Part shown: piece by piece, positions 12,032 to 21,113 of the stretch
Numbering within the stretch: position 1 is the first letter of the stretch
Layout: each line of letters starts with the position of its first letter
Assembly (NCBI GenBank): GCA_050179645.1
Contig: JBFXEX010000002.1
Location: 5,638-69,637, forward strand
Source of the DNA: Xanthobacteraceae bacterium
GTDB taxonomy: Bacteria > Pseudomonadota > Alphaproteobacteria > Rhizobiales > Xanthobacteraceae
Reading direction: 5' to 3'
DNA length: 64,000 nt
Position numbers and translations under genes: made by a program
The notes under the pieces: model-generated
Seen by the model: only the letters and a program-made list of their open reading frames with translations
Told to the model about the DNA's origin: nothing
The model's database searches: none

Positions 12032-13276
12032 TCAGAGCGAATTTCGCGAGAAATCGTAGGCGCCGGGATGGCGGACCACGACCGAGCGGGCATCCTCCGG
12101 CTTGTGCGCGCCGAGCTGCCCGAACGCGGACTTCATCTCGTCCATCAACAGGTCGATGACGTGACCCGGCCCTTCGGCACCGAGCGCCCCGAGGCTCCAC
12201 AGAAAGGCCTTGCCGGCAAACGCAAGGTCGGCGCCGAGCGCGACCGCCCGCGCCACGTCGAGTCCCGAGCGGATGCCGGAATCCATCATCACGGCGGCCC
12301 GGCCGCGCACCGCACCGGCGATCGCCGGCAGCACGTCGATGGCCGCAGGTAATCCCTCGACCTGCCGGCCGCCGTGGTTCGAGACCACGATGCCGTCGAC
12401 GCCCAGCGCCACGGCCTTCTCGGCGTCCGCCGGATGCATGATGCCTTTCACCACCAGCGGGCGCTTCCAGCGTTCCCGGTAACGCGCGACCTCGTCCCAG
12501 GTGAACGCGCCGCCCATTTCACGACGGACAAACGCCGCGACCTCGTTCACGTCGGCGTCGTTCTTGGTGTAGGGCTTGAGATTGCCGAAGCGCGGCTGGC
12601 CGTTCTGCATCAGTGACCTGAGATAGCCCGGCGAGGTGAGGATGCCGGCCAACATCCGCAGATCCGGCTTGAACGGCGTCGTGATCCCGGCCGCCACCTC
12701 GCGCGAGCGCGTGGTGCGAACCGGCACGTCGAGCGTGAGCACCAGTACTTTGACGCCGGCAGCATCGGCGCGCTTGACCAGATCGAAGCCGATCGCGTGT
12801 TCGTTGCGGGAGCAGCGATAAAGTTGAAACCAGAGCACGTCGGGCGCGATTTCGGCGGCCTGCTCGACCGTCATGCCGCCAACCAGCCCGAGTGTATAGG
12901 GCACGTTGGCGCGCTGCGCGGCCGCAGCGAGATACCGGTCGGCGCCCGGAAACACCAGCGACGGGCCCCCCATCGGAGCCACGCCGAACGGCGCGGCATA
13001 ACGATGGCCGAACAATTCGATGTCGACGGGCGGCAACCCTGTCGTGACGCCGTAACGCGGCACCAGTTCGACCGCATTAAGTGCATCCCAGTTGCGCGCG
13101 ATGCCGCCATCGGCCCCTGCCCCGCCATCGCAATATTCGAAGGCAAATTTGGGCAGCGTGCGGCGCGCCTTCTCGCGCAGATACGCGACCGTCGGAAAGC
13201 GGCGCTGCCGCGCGACAAACTGCGTGCTGCTGTTGCTCGATCCCTCCGGACGGCGCAACGCGGTCGTGTCTTGCAT
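12032..13276 (-). CDS. FMN-dependent alpha-hydroxy acid dehydrogenase (L-lactate dehydrogenase-like)
   Basis: 414 aa with FMN_dh hallmarks: VVSNHGGRQ, PLVVKGI and a DSGIRSGLDVARA-type C-terminal segment. Confidence 0.85.
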   Translation of the reverse strand: MQDTTALRRPEGSSNSSTQFVARQRRFPTVAYLREKARRTLPKFAFEYCDGGAGADGGIARNWDALNAVELVPRYGVTTGLPPVDIELFGHRYAAPFGVAPMGGPSLVFPGADRYLAAAAQRANVPYTLGLVGGMTVEQAAEIAPDVLWFQLYRCSRNEHAIGFDLVKRADAAGVKVLVLTLDVPVRTTRSREVAAGITTPFKPDLRMLAGILTSPGYLRSLMQNGQPRFGNLKPYTKNDADVNEVAAFVRREMGGAFTWDEVARYRERWKRPLVVKGIMHPADAEKAVALGVDGIVVSNHGGRQVEGLPAAIDVLPAIAGAVRGRAAVMMDSGIRSGLDVARAVALGADLAFAGKAFLWSLGALGAEGPGHVIDLLMDEMKSAFGQLGAHKPEDARSVVVRHPGAYDFSRNSL

Positions 13277-13334
13277 GAAGTGCCCTTCCCCTTTTCGATG
13301 ATCTTAACGTGCGGCTGCGGACGCCACCAGCCGC

Positions 13335-14345
13335 TCAGAAGTGACTGAACGACGGCCGCGCGAACGCGAGCGTCTTGCCGTGCCGGTCGATGAAGCGCGG
13401 CACGGCGTTCCCCCGGACGACGGTGCCGATCTCAGTCACCGCGACTCCGGCCGTCGCCGCGGCCTTGCGGAACGCCACCACACGACGCGCCGGCATGGTG
13501 TGCAACACCTCGTAGTCGTCGCCGCCCGTGAGGACCGTTTCGATCAATCCCGGCTCCGCCTCGATCGCCTTGCGTGCCGCAGGCGACAACGGAACGCGCG
13601 CGACGTCGATCTCGGCGGACACGCCCGACGCCCGGCACAGCTTGCTCAAATCGCCGACGAGCCCGTCGGAGACGTCCATCGCGGCCGAGGCGTGGGCCCG
13701 CAAGGCACTTGCAATGGCGTTGCGCGGCTGCGGCAACAGATAGCGCTCCGCCAAGTGCCGCGCGGCGCGCGGCGCAAGTCCCCATCGCTTGGCGCGTACC
13801 GGATGCTTGCGCAGCAGCAGGCCGAGTGCCGCATCGCCGATCGTGCCGGTCGTCAGCACCTTCTCACCGGGCTTTGCGGTGCTGCGCAAGACCATCTTGC
13901 CGTGCGGCACCGCACCGAATGCGGCGATGGAAATCGTGATCGGCCCCGGCGTCCGGTCGGTATCGCCGCCGAACAGCGGGCAGCCGTACCGGTCCGCATC
14001 CGTGCCGAGGCCGCGCGCGAAGCGCCGCAGCCATGCGTCGCCGATGTCGTTCGGCAGCGCCAGCGTAAGCAGGAAGCCGACCGGCCGCGCGCCTTTGGCG
14101 GCGAGGTCGGACAGGTTCACGCGCAGGGCCTTCCTGGCCACGGTTTCGGGCGGATCGTCGGGAAAGAAATGGACGCCGCCGATGATGCCGTCGGTCTTGA
14201 GCACGATGTCGCAGCCCTTGGGCGGCGCGATGGCGGCAGCATCGTCGACCAGACCAAACGCCCCGGGATGCTTCGCCAACGGCTTGAAATACCGCGCGAT
14301 GAGACGGTCCTCGGCCGATCCCTGCTTCTTCTGGCTCATGGCCAC
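13335..14345 (-). CDS. thiL: thiamine-monophosphate kinase
   Basis: 336 aa, AIR-synthase-like fold, with EDRLIARYF...DDAA at the N-terminus, GGDT and LTGGDDYE. Location near nusB is typical. Confidence 0.9.
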   Translation of the reverse strand: MAMSQKKQGSAEDRLIARYFKPLAKHPGAFGLVDDAAAIAPPKGCDIVLKTDGIIGGVHFFPDDPPETVARKALRVNLSDLAAKGARPVGFLLTLALPNDIGDAWLRRFARGLGTDADRYGCPLFGGDTDRTPGPITISIAAFGAVPHGKMVLRSTAKPGEKVLTTGTIGDAALGLLLRKHPVRAKRWGLAPRAARHLAERYLLPQPRNAIASALRAHASAAMDVSDGLVGDLSKLCRASGVSAEIDVARVPLSPAARKAIEAEPGLIETVLTGGDDYEVLHTMPARRVVAFRKAAATAGVAVTEIGTVVRGNAVPRFIDRHGKTLAFARPSFSHF

Positions 14346-14443
14346 TTCTTGCTCATGACAATCAATATCCGCTGAGGATCAACATGTAGACCATCCGCCA
14401 AGTGACGGCGCGAAACCGCCATGATAGCAAGTGAGGCGAACCT

Positions 14444-15634
14444 TTGCAGCACAATGCGAGCGATCCGAGCGTGGAAGCCTTCGATCTCTACTCACCCGAA
14501 ATCGACGCCGATCCATTTCCGTACTACGCGGTCCTGCGCGAGCAATACCCGTGCTACTGGAGCGAAGGCGGCAAGCTCTGGATCCTGTCGCGCTACGACG
14601 ACGTGATGCAGGCGGCGCGCGATTGGGAGACGTTCTCGTCCGCACAAGGCAACCTGATTGACGAATTGCCCGGCCGCTCGGGCGCCACCCTGGGCACCAC
14701 CGATCCGCCGCGGCACGATCGCCTGCGCGCCTTGAGCCAGGCGGCCTTCGCGCGCAAGAACATCGAAAACCTGATCGCCCCGACCATCGAGATCGCAGAC
14801 CGCGCCCTCGACAAGATTTGCGCCAATACGACTTTCGAATTTGTCGACGACTTCTCCAGCCAGATCACCGTCGGCCTGTTGTTCCGCATCATGGGACTTC
14901 CCGAGCGGGACCATGCCGACATCCGCCGCAAGGTGATCCTCGCGGTCTCGACCGACAAAACGGTCAAGGGCCGAACCGCCGAGCACATCGCCGCGTTCAA
15001 GGAGCTCAGCGACTTTTTGAGCGCCGAGGTCGCGATCCGCCGCGCCAACCCGACCGACGATCTGATTACGCACCTGGCCGAAGCCGAGATCGACGGCGAC
15101 CGGCTGAGCGAGCGGGAGATTATCATGACCACGGCGACGTTCGTCATGGCTGGCGTGGAATCGCTGTCGAGCTTTATGAGCGTGTTCGCGCTCAACCTGC
15201 ACGACTATCCGGACGCCCGACGTCGTCTCGTCGCCGATCCAACGCTGATCGCCCCCGCGATCGAGGAGTCTCTGCGTTTCAACACCTCGGCGCAGCGATT
15301 CAAGCGGACGGTCGCGCGCGAAGCCGAATTGCATGGCCAGACGCTCCGGGTCGGCGACAAGGTCGTCCTGGCCTACGGCTCGGCCAACCGCGACTGGCGC
15401 AAATTCCCAGAACCCGACGTCTACGACATTGACCGCAAGCCTCTCGGGCATCTCGGCTTTGGCTCCGGCAAGCATTTCTGCCTCGGCAGCCAGATGGCGC
15501 GGCTCGTCACCGAGACGGCGATGCGACGGTTTCTGGCGCGCGTGCCCGATTATCATCTCACCGCCGACAAGCTCGCCTGGAACTCATCGTCGAACTTCCG
15601 CAGCCCCGTCGCGCTGCCGTTCGCGATCGGGTGA
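14444..15634 (+). CDS. cytochrome P450
   Basis: 396 aa with the heme-thiolate loop FGSGKHFCLGSQMA, the EXXR motif (EESLRF) and an I-helix-like FVMAGVESL. Confidence 0.93.
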   Translation: MQHNASDPSVEAFDLYSPEIDADPFPYYAVLREQYPCYWSEGGKLWILSRYDDVMQAARDWETFSSAQGNLIDELPGRSGATLGTTDPPRHDRLRALSQAAFARKNIENLIAPTIEIADRALDKICANTTFEFVDDFSSQITVGLLFRIMGLPERDHADIRRKVILAVSTDKTVKGRTAEHIAAFKELSDFLSAEVAIRRANPTDDLITHLAEAEIDGDRLSEREIIMTTATFVMAGVESLSSFMSVFALNLHDYPDARRRLVADPTLIAPAIEESLRFNTSAQRFKRTVAREAELHGQTLRVGDKVVLAYGSANRDWRKFPEPDVYDIDRKPLGHLGFGSGKHFCLGSQMARLVTETAMRRFLARVPDYHLTADKLAWNSSSNFRSPVALPFAIG

Positions 15635-15658
15635 TTTGTAGTCGTACCTGCGGTCATT

Positions 15659-15810
15659 GTGATTGTGCCCTCTCCCCTTGCGGAAGAGGGCTGCACTGAA
15701 ACCTCACCATACTCGATTGGGTGAGGGGTGATCGCGCGACACCCCTCACCCATTCTTGTCGTTGAAATGCGGCGGCTGCCGTCTCACACAAAGGGAGAGG
15801 GCACAATCAC
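15659..15810. repeat. nested palindromic intergenic element (REP/MITE-like)
   Basis: Perfect 18-bp terminal inverted repeats: GTGATTGTGCCCTCTCCC (15659-15676) and GGGAGAGGGCACAATCAC (15793-15810). Internal hairpins are GCCCTC..GAGGGC (15667-15691) and a perfect 10-bp stem GTGAGGGGTG / CACCCCTCAC (15721-15749). Confidence 0.8.
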
Positions 15811-15827
15811 GGCGACCGTCAATTCCA

Positions 15828-16319
15828 TCAACGCGGTAAGCGCTCGAACTCGGCGGCGCGCAACTGCCGTGCGATCTGGTCGAGCACGGCATTCACCAAT
15901 CCAGTCTCGTCACGATCGACGAAAGCATGAGCCACATCGACATACTCGGACACGACGACACGCGCCGGAACGTCGTTGCGATGACCGAGTTCGTAGGCGC
16001 CCGCGCGCAGCACGGCGCGCAGGATCGCCTCGATGCGCTTGAGTGGCCAGCCCTGCGCCAGCGCAGTGTCGATCAGCGGATCGAGCGTGCGCTGCTCGCG
16101 CACTACCCCTCCCACCACATCGCGAAAGAACGCCGCTTCCGCCGGCAGATATTGTTCGCCCTCGACCTCGCGGCCGATCCAGTGGCGCTCGAATTCAGCC
16201 AGAATGTCGTTCACGCCGGTGCCGGCGATGTCCATCTGGTAGAGCGCCTGGACCGCGGACAGCCGCGCGGCGCCACGGCGATTGGCCTTGCGCTCATCAT
16301 CCGATTTCGGCGCGGCCAT
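15828..16319 (-). CDS. nusB: transcription antitermination factor NusB
   Basis: 163 aa with RRGAARLSAVQALYQMD and a C-terminal NusB fold sequence. Lies immediately downstream of ribH with a 2-nt gap. Confidence 0.93.
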   Translation of the reverse strand: MAAPKSDDERKANRRGAARLSAVQALYQMDIAGTGVNDILAEFERHWIGREVEGEQYLPAEAAFFRDVVGGVVREQRTLDPLIDTALAQGWPLKRIEAILRAVLRAGAYELGHRNDVPARVVVSEYVDVAHAFVDRDETGLVNAVLDQIARQLRAAEFERLPR

Positions 16320-16321
16320 GA

Positions 16322-16813
16322 TCAGTTCCGCGCGAGGCGGCGCTTGATACGGACCAGCGAAAGTGCGGCCCGCGCCGCATCGCCGCCCTTGTCCCCCTCC
16401 TCCGGACGGGCACGCGCCCAGGCCTGAGCGTCGGTGTCCACGGTGAGGATGCCGTTGCCGATCGGAATTCCGCGCCGCACCGACAGCTCGATCAGTGCCC
16501 GCGCCGATTCCTGGGAGACGATCTCGAAATGCAGGGTTTCGCCGCGGATCACGCAGCCAAGCGCCACCGCGCCTTCGATCGGCTTGCCGGCCTTCTCGGA
16601 GGCCTCAACGGCCATCGCAATCGCGGGCGCGATCTCGAGCGAGCCCGGCACGCTGATCTTGTCATAGGCGACCCGCGCTTCGTCCAGAACTCGCGTCGCG
16701 CCCTTGAGCAAGGCGTCGGAGATATCCGCGTAGAACCGCGCTTCGACGACGAGAATGCGCGCGCCCGCGACATCGTCCGATTCTTGTCCGGCGGACCGGC
16801 GCGGCTCAGCCAT
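16322..16813 (-). CDS. ribH: 6,7-dimethyl-8-ribityllumazine synthase
   Basis: Contains ILVVEARFY...VPGSLEIP...[14 protein letters not shown]. Start taken at MAEPRR; the track ORF extends to 16849. Confidence 0.92.
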   Translation of the reverse strand: MAEPRRSAGQESDDVAGARILVVEARFYADISDALLKGATRVLDEARVAYDKISVPGSLEIAPAIAMAVEASEKAGKPIEGAVALGCVIRGETLHFEIVSQESARALIELSVRRGIPIGNGILTVDTDAQAWARARPEEGDKGGDAARAALSLVRIKRRLARN

Positions 16814-16938
16814 ATGCGATGACCTCCAGAAGTCTGCCCCTCGTACCAAGCGAAGTGGGGACGACGCAAGGGAGCGTCTGGTCTGCGCCGGCCGCGGTGC
16901 GGAATTCGCCGATGTGCGTTAAGTGTCTTCTCCGGGCG

Positions 16939-17544
16939 TCACTTGGTTTCCAAGAGCCTGGCGGCGTAGCGGGCCATCAAATCGACCTCGAGATTGACGC
17001 TGTCGCCCTCCGCGAGCGCACCGATCGTCGTCACGGCGAGCGTATGCGGGATGATCAGCACCGAAAACGCCGAGCCCTCGACCGTGTTCACGGTCAGCGA
17101 TACGCCATCGAGCGCCACCGAACCCTTCTGCGCGACAAACCGCGCCAGTTGGGGCGGCCCCTTGAAGGTCAGCCGCGCCATATCGGTCAGGTCTTCACGC
17201 GCCGCGAGAACGGCCACGCCGTCGGCGTGCCCGGCGACAATATGGCCGCCGAGTTCATCCCCGGCCTTGAGCGAGCGCTCGAGATTGACCTTGCTGCCCT
17301 GCCGCCAGCGGCCCACCGTGGTGAGCCGCAAGGTCTCGGCCGCAGCATCGACATCGAACCAGCCGCGATTGCCCGCGCGGCCGCGCCGCACCACCGTCAG
17401 GCACACGCCGCTGCAGGCAATCGAGGCGCCGATCGCGATCGTATCCGGATCGTAACCGCACGCGATCCGCAACCGCGTGAGCCCTTCGGCCCGCGGCTCG
17501 ACCACGATCACCTCGCCGATATCGGTGACGATTCCCGTGAACAT
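16939..17544 (-). CDS. ribE: riboflavin synthase (alpha chain)
   Basis: 201 aa beginning MFTGIVTDIGEV, with two lumazine-binding repeats (GASIACSGVCLTV / GSVALDGVSLTV). The 492-aa track ORF 16939..18417 is an out-of-frame read-through over ribD. Confidence 0.93.
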   Translation of the reverse strand: MFTGIVTDIGEVIVVEPRAEGLTRLRIACGYDPDTIAIGASIACSGVCLTVVRRGRAGNRGWFDVDAAAETLRLTTVGRWRQGSKVNLERSLKAGDELGGHIVAGHADGVAVLAAREDLTDMARLTFKGPPQLARFVAQKGSVALDGVSLTVNTVEGSAFSVLIIPHTLAVTTIGALAEGDSVNLEVDLMARYAARLLETK

Positions 17545-17546
17545 AT

Positions 17547-18692
17547 TTAGGTCCGCTCGGATGTTTCGACGGTATCGGGCCCGACGGTTTCGCACCCAAT
17601 CGATCTGAACCTCGCCGAATGAGATATCGCAGTCAGCGGCAGACCGTCGAGCGCATCGATGCCGTCCGGGCCGATCGCCTGCGGCGCCCGGAACAGCGCG
17701 ACTTCGTCGACCAGATCGGCGCGCAGGAATGCAGCGGCCAGGATCGGTCCGGTTTCCACCATCAGCCGGGTAATGCCGCGCCCCGCCAAAGCCTTTAGGA
17801 CTGCCGCGAGATCGAGCCGGCCATGCAGCGACGGCACGCGCATCATCTCGGCGCCCAAAGCCAAGAGCGCCTGTTCGCGGTCGCGCGGAGCATCCTCGCC
17901 GGTCACGACCCATAGCGCCGTCTGCCGGGCGCTGGCGACGAGCTTGCTCGTGACCGGCAGCCGCAGCTTGCTGTCGAGCACAATCCGCACCGGCGAGAGG
18001 TGCGCCATGCCGGGCAGCCGGCAGGTCAGCAGCGGATCGTCCGCCAACACGGTGCCGATGCCAGTCACGATCGCATCGCTCATCGCACGCATGAGATGGA
18101 CCCGATCGCGGGCCCGCTCGCCGGTAATCGTCGCCGGCCGGCGGCCGGCGAGAGCGGCCTTGCCGTCGGACGAGGCCGCGAGCTTGAGCATCACGTGCGG
18201 CCGGCCGTCCTGCACGCGCCGGATGTGGCCGGCATGGGCGCGCCGCGCCTCGTCGGCGCCGACACCGACTTCGACCATGATGCCGGCCTCCGCCATGCGC
18301 CAATGGCCCGCGCCCGCCACTTCGGGATTTGGATCGACCAGCGCAGAGACGGCGCGCGCAATTCCGGCGGCGATCACCGCGTCGGCGCAGGGTGGCGACT
18401 TGCCGTGGTGCGAGCATGGCTCCAGCGTGACGTAGAGCGTCGCCCCACGCGCGGCGTCGCCGGCGCGGCGCAGTGCCTCGACTTCGGCGTGCGGACGGCC
18501 GCCGGGCTGCGTCCAGCCGCGTCCGACGATCACCGGACCGTTGCCATCGTTGCGCACGATTACGGCACCAACCGCCGGATTGGGCCAGCTGCGGCCGAGC
18601 CCGCGGCGCCCCAGCGCGAGCGCCAGCGCCATGTAGCGTGCATCCTCTGGATCGGCGCTTGGCGGAATGCCCTGCTGGTTCACGTTCGTCAC
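17547..18692 (-). CDS. ribD: bifunctional diaminohydroxyphosphoribosylaminopyrimidine deaminase / 5-amino-6-(5-phosphoribosylamino)uracil reductase
   Basis: 381 aa with deaminase zinc motifs HAEVEAL and PCSHHGKSPPC, followed by a C-terminal RibD reductase domain. Confidence 0.95.
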   Translation of the reverse strand: MTNVNQQGIPPSADPEDARYMALALALGRRGLGRSWPNPAVGAVIVRNDGNGPVIVGRGWTQPGGRPHAEVEALRRAGDAARGATLYVTLEPCSHHGKSPPCADAVIAAGIARAVSALVDPNPEVAGAGHWRMAEAGIMVEVGVGADEARRAHAGHIRRVQDGRPHVMLKLAASSDGKAALAGRRPATITGERARDRVHLMRAMSDAIVTGIGTVLADDPLLTCRLPGMAHLSPVRIVLDSKLRLPVTSKLVASARQTALWVVTGEDAPRDREQALLALGAEMMRVPSLHGRLDLAAVLKALAGRGITRLMVETGPILAAAFLRADLVDEVALFRAPQAIGPDGIDALDGLPLTAISHSARFRSIGCETVGPDTVETSERT

Positions 18693-18927
18693 GCCATCCG
18701 CGGTTTCGAGCCTCAGTTGCGCCGCTTCAACATGGCCGCGGCTACGCGGTGCCGATCAATATCGGAACGAATTGGGCGGTACCATCGTATAATGTTGCTT
18801 GGAATTGATCGGCGAACCCGAGCGGTCCCGTGCCCGCGTCACCAAGTTTTGATTGATGGCGCTTCCCATCCAGGCCACCATAGTACATTCAGGTTAGGTT
18901 TCGATTCTCAGCACGAGAGTTTGCGTT

Positions 18928-19920
18928 TTGAACACCATTTCCGCTCCGAGCGGGACGCGCATTGACGCTCCCGCACCAGCACCGTCCGCCGGGATGATCT
19001 GGGTTCCGGGTGGCACGTTCCGCATGGGTTCGGACAGGCACTACCCTGAGGAAGCCCCCGCTCACCGCGCCAAGGTGGACGGTTTCTGGATGGATCGCGC
19101 GCCCGTGACGAACCGCGAATTTCGCAAATTCGTCAACGCCACCGGCCACGTCACTTTCGCGGAAATTGCCCCCGATCCGAAGGACTATCCCGGCGCGCTG
19201 CCGCACATGCTCAAGGCCGGCTCGCTGGTCTTCGCGCCGCCCAAGCATCCGGTCGACCTGCGCGACTGGAGCCAGTGGTGGACGTTCAAGTTCGGCGCCA
19301 ATTGGCGGCGGCCCTACGGCCCGCGCAGTTCCATCAGCGGGCTCGACGACCATCCGGTGGTGCATGTCGCCTATCGGGACGCCGAGGCCTATGCCAAGTG
19401 GCTTGGCAAGGAACTGCCGACCGAAGCCGAGTGGGAGTTTGCCGCACGCGGTGCATTGGAGGACGCCGAATTCGCCTGGGGCAATGAGCTCGCACCGGGC
19501 GGGAAGCAAATGGCGAACACCTGGCAGGGGTTGTTCCCCGCCGAGAATCTCAAGCTCGACGGCTACGAGCGCACGTCGCCGGTTGGGGCATTTCCCCCGA
19601 ATGGCTATGGGCTCCACGACATGATCGGCAACGTGTGGGAATGGACTGCCGATTGGTATTCGCCCAAGCACGAGGGCGACGCGCGGAAGGCGTGTTGCAT
19701 TCCAGAGAATCCGCGCGGCGGACTGGAGAGCGCGAGCTACGACCCTTGCCAGCCGAATATCAAGATTCCACGCAAGGTGCTCAAAGGCGGCTCGCACCTC
19801 TGCGCGCCCAATTACTGCCGACGCTATCGACCCGCCGCGCGTCATGCCGAGCCGGTCGATACCTCGACCAGCCACGTCGGCTTCCGTTGCGTCATCCGAA
19901 CACCGCTGACCTCGTCATAA
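18928..19920 (+). CDS. formylglycine-generating enzyme family protein (SUMF1-like)
   Basis: 330 aa with MIWVPGGTFRMGSD...PVTNREFRKFVNATG...GNVWEWTADWY...KGGSHLCAPNYCRRYRPAAR, the FGE-sulfatase domain pattern. No hydrophobic leader. Confidence 0.9.
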   Translation: MNTISAPSGTRIDAPAPAPSAGMIWVPGGTFRMGSDRHYPEEAPAHRAKVDGFWMDRAPVTNREFRKFVNATGHVTFAEIAPDPKDYPGALPHMLKAGSLVFAPPKHPVDLRDWSQWWTFKFGANWRRPYGPRSSISGLDDHPVVHVAYRDAEAYAKWLGKELPTEAEWEFAARGALEDAEFAWGNELAPGGKQMANTWQGLFPAENLKLDGYERTSPVGAFPPNGYGLHDMIGNVWEWTADWYSPKHEGDARKACCIPENPRGGLESASYDPCQPNIKIPRKVLKGGSHLCAPNYCRRYRPAARHAEPVDTSTSHVGFRCVIRTPLTSS

Positions 19921-20022
19921 GTTCCAGGTTCCATCCTGCTCGATTAGACTATTGTCGCACGTCCGTTACATGACTGGACGCCAGTCGGCGACTATCATCC
20001 GTGCCCGGAGGCTGTCGACCGC

Positions 20023-20520
20023 ATGCCTGACCCGGAGAGTCGAACCGCCGTCGCTGTAGGCTGGATCGCGGCCACCCTGCTGGTCGTTTTCAGCGTTCTC
20101 GGCCTGATGTGGTACGGGGTCTCCGACGAAGTCCGCCACCGGTTCTGGACTGACCTCATCGACCGGCCCGGGGGACCGATGACGTTCCGCTTCATCCTGC
20201 AGCCGGTCATGGCCACGGTGGCGGCGCTGCACGACGGCATCAAGGACGCGCGTCTCGGCCGCTCGCCCTATTTCTGGACCATCATGCACGACCCGGCGCG
20301 CCGCGCCCGCCGGCTGCGCGAAGGCCTGATCTCAACCGCGCGCATCATCCTGCTCGGGCTGGCAATGGATGCGATCTATCAATACAAGGAATTCAACACT
20401 TTCTATCCGGCCGAGGCCGTAGTCATCGCGCTGTCGCTCGCCGTCGTGCCGTATTTCATCCTGCGCGGGCCGATCGCGCGCATCGCGCGCCGCCGGCTCT
20501 CCCGCCCCGCCTCTCATTAG
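20023..20520 (+). CDS. hypothetical membrane protein
   Basis: 165 aa with 3-4 TM helices. Same strand as, and tightly spaced with, the sulfatase cluster. Confidence 0.5.
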   Translation: MPDPESRTAVAVGWIAATLLVVFSVLGLMWYGVSDEVRHRFWTDLIDRPGGPMTFRFILQPVMATVAALHDGIKDARLGRSPYFWTIMHDPARRARRLREGLISTARIILLGLAMDAIYQYKEFNTFYPAEAVVIALSLAVVPYFILRGPIARIARRRLSRPASH

Positions 20521-20540
20521 CTGCACGAGCGAGTTCGCCG

Positions 20541-21002
20541 ATGGAAGCCGTTACCGGGAAATCCAGCTCCGACCGCATCTCCGTCGAACTGTCGGCGCGC
20601 CGCACCGGCATGTCGTTCCAGCGCACCCGCATGAGCGCCGACCGCACGCTGATGTCGGTCATCCGCACATCGCTGTCGCTGATCGGATTCGGCTTCACGA
20701 TCTTCCAGTTCTTCGAAAAGCTGCGCGAAGGCAACGTCATCACCGGATCGGCCCATCCGGCGCGGCACTTCGGCATCGCGCTCGTCGCGCTCGGCATTGT
20801 CATGCTGATCGGCGGCATCGGCTTTCACACCAGCTTCATGATCGAACTGCGAAAAGAGCGCGCCCGCATGCGGGACGACGACTTGATCCATGGCGAGAGC
20901 TCGTTTCCGGTCTCGTTGACACTGATGACCGCTCTCCTGCTGCTGCTGCTTGGCATCGCCGCAATCGCGAGCATGCTCTTTAACGCCGGCCCGCTCGGCT
21001 AG
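20541..21002 (+). CDS. DUF202 (YidH-like) membrane protein
   Basis: 153 aa. ELSARRTGMSFQRTRMSADRTLMSVIRTSLSLIGFGF matches the DUF202 signature (ERT..AW.RT). Confidence 0.7.
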   Translation: MEAVTGKSSSDRISVELSARRTGMSFQRTRMSADRTLMSVIRTSLSLIGFGFTIFQFFEKLREGNVITGSAHPARHFGIALVALGIVMLIGGIGFHTSFMIELRKERARMRDDDLIHGESSFPVSLTLMTALLLLLLGIAAIASMLFNAGPLG

Positions 21003-21113
21003 CGATGGAAGAAGGACGAAATCGACAGAGCAAGAGCGGAATGAAAGTTTGCCCCCGTGCATGGGGCTCAAAGCGATCACCGCAAAATCCGCCACAAATC
21101 ATCAGGAGGAAAC

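Noticed and set aside
10598-12200. 472-aa plus-strand and 446-aa minus-strand ORFs overlapping the MFS transporter gene.
   Set aside because: Only the 411-aa frame gives 12 hydrophobic helices. The others are Arg/Pro-rich composition artefacts.
16939-18417. 492-aa ORF suggesting a very large riboflavin synthase.
   Set aside because: Only the C-terminal 201 aa (from MFTGIV at 17544) are riboflavin synthase. The upstream 290 aa are an alternative frame of ribD with nonsense composition.
18693-18927. Expected FMN (RFN) riboswitch upstream of ribD.
   Set aside because: Reading the minus strand, I could not find the conserved RFN core elements. In alphaproteobacteria the element usually precedes ribB/ribH2-type genes elsewhere. 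The region is more simply a divergent promoter shared with the FGE gene.
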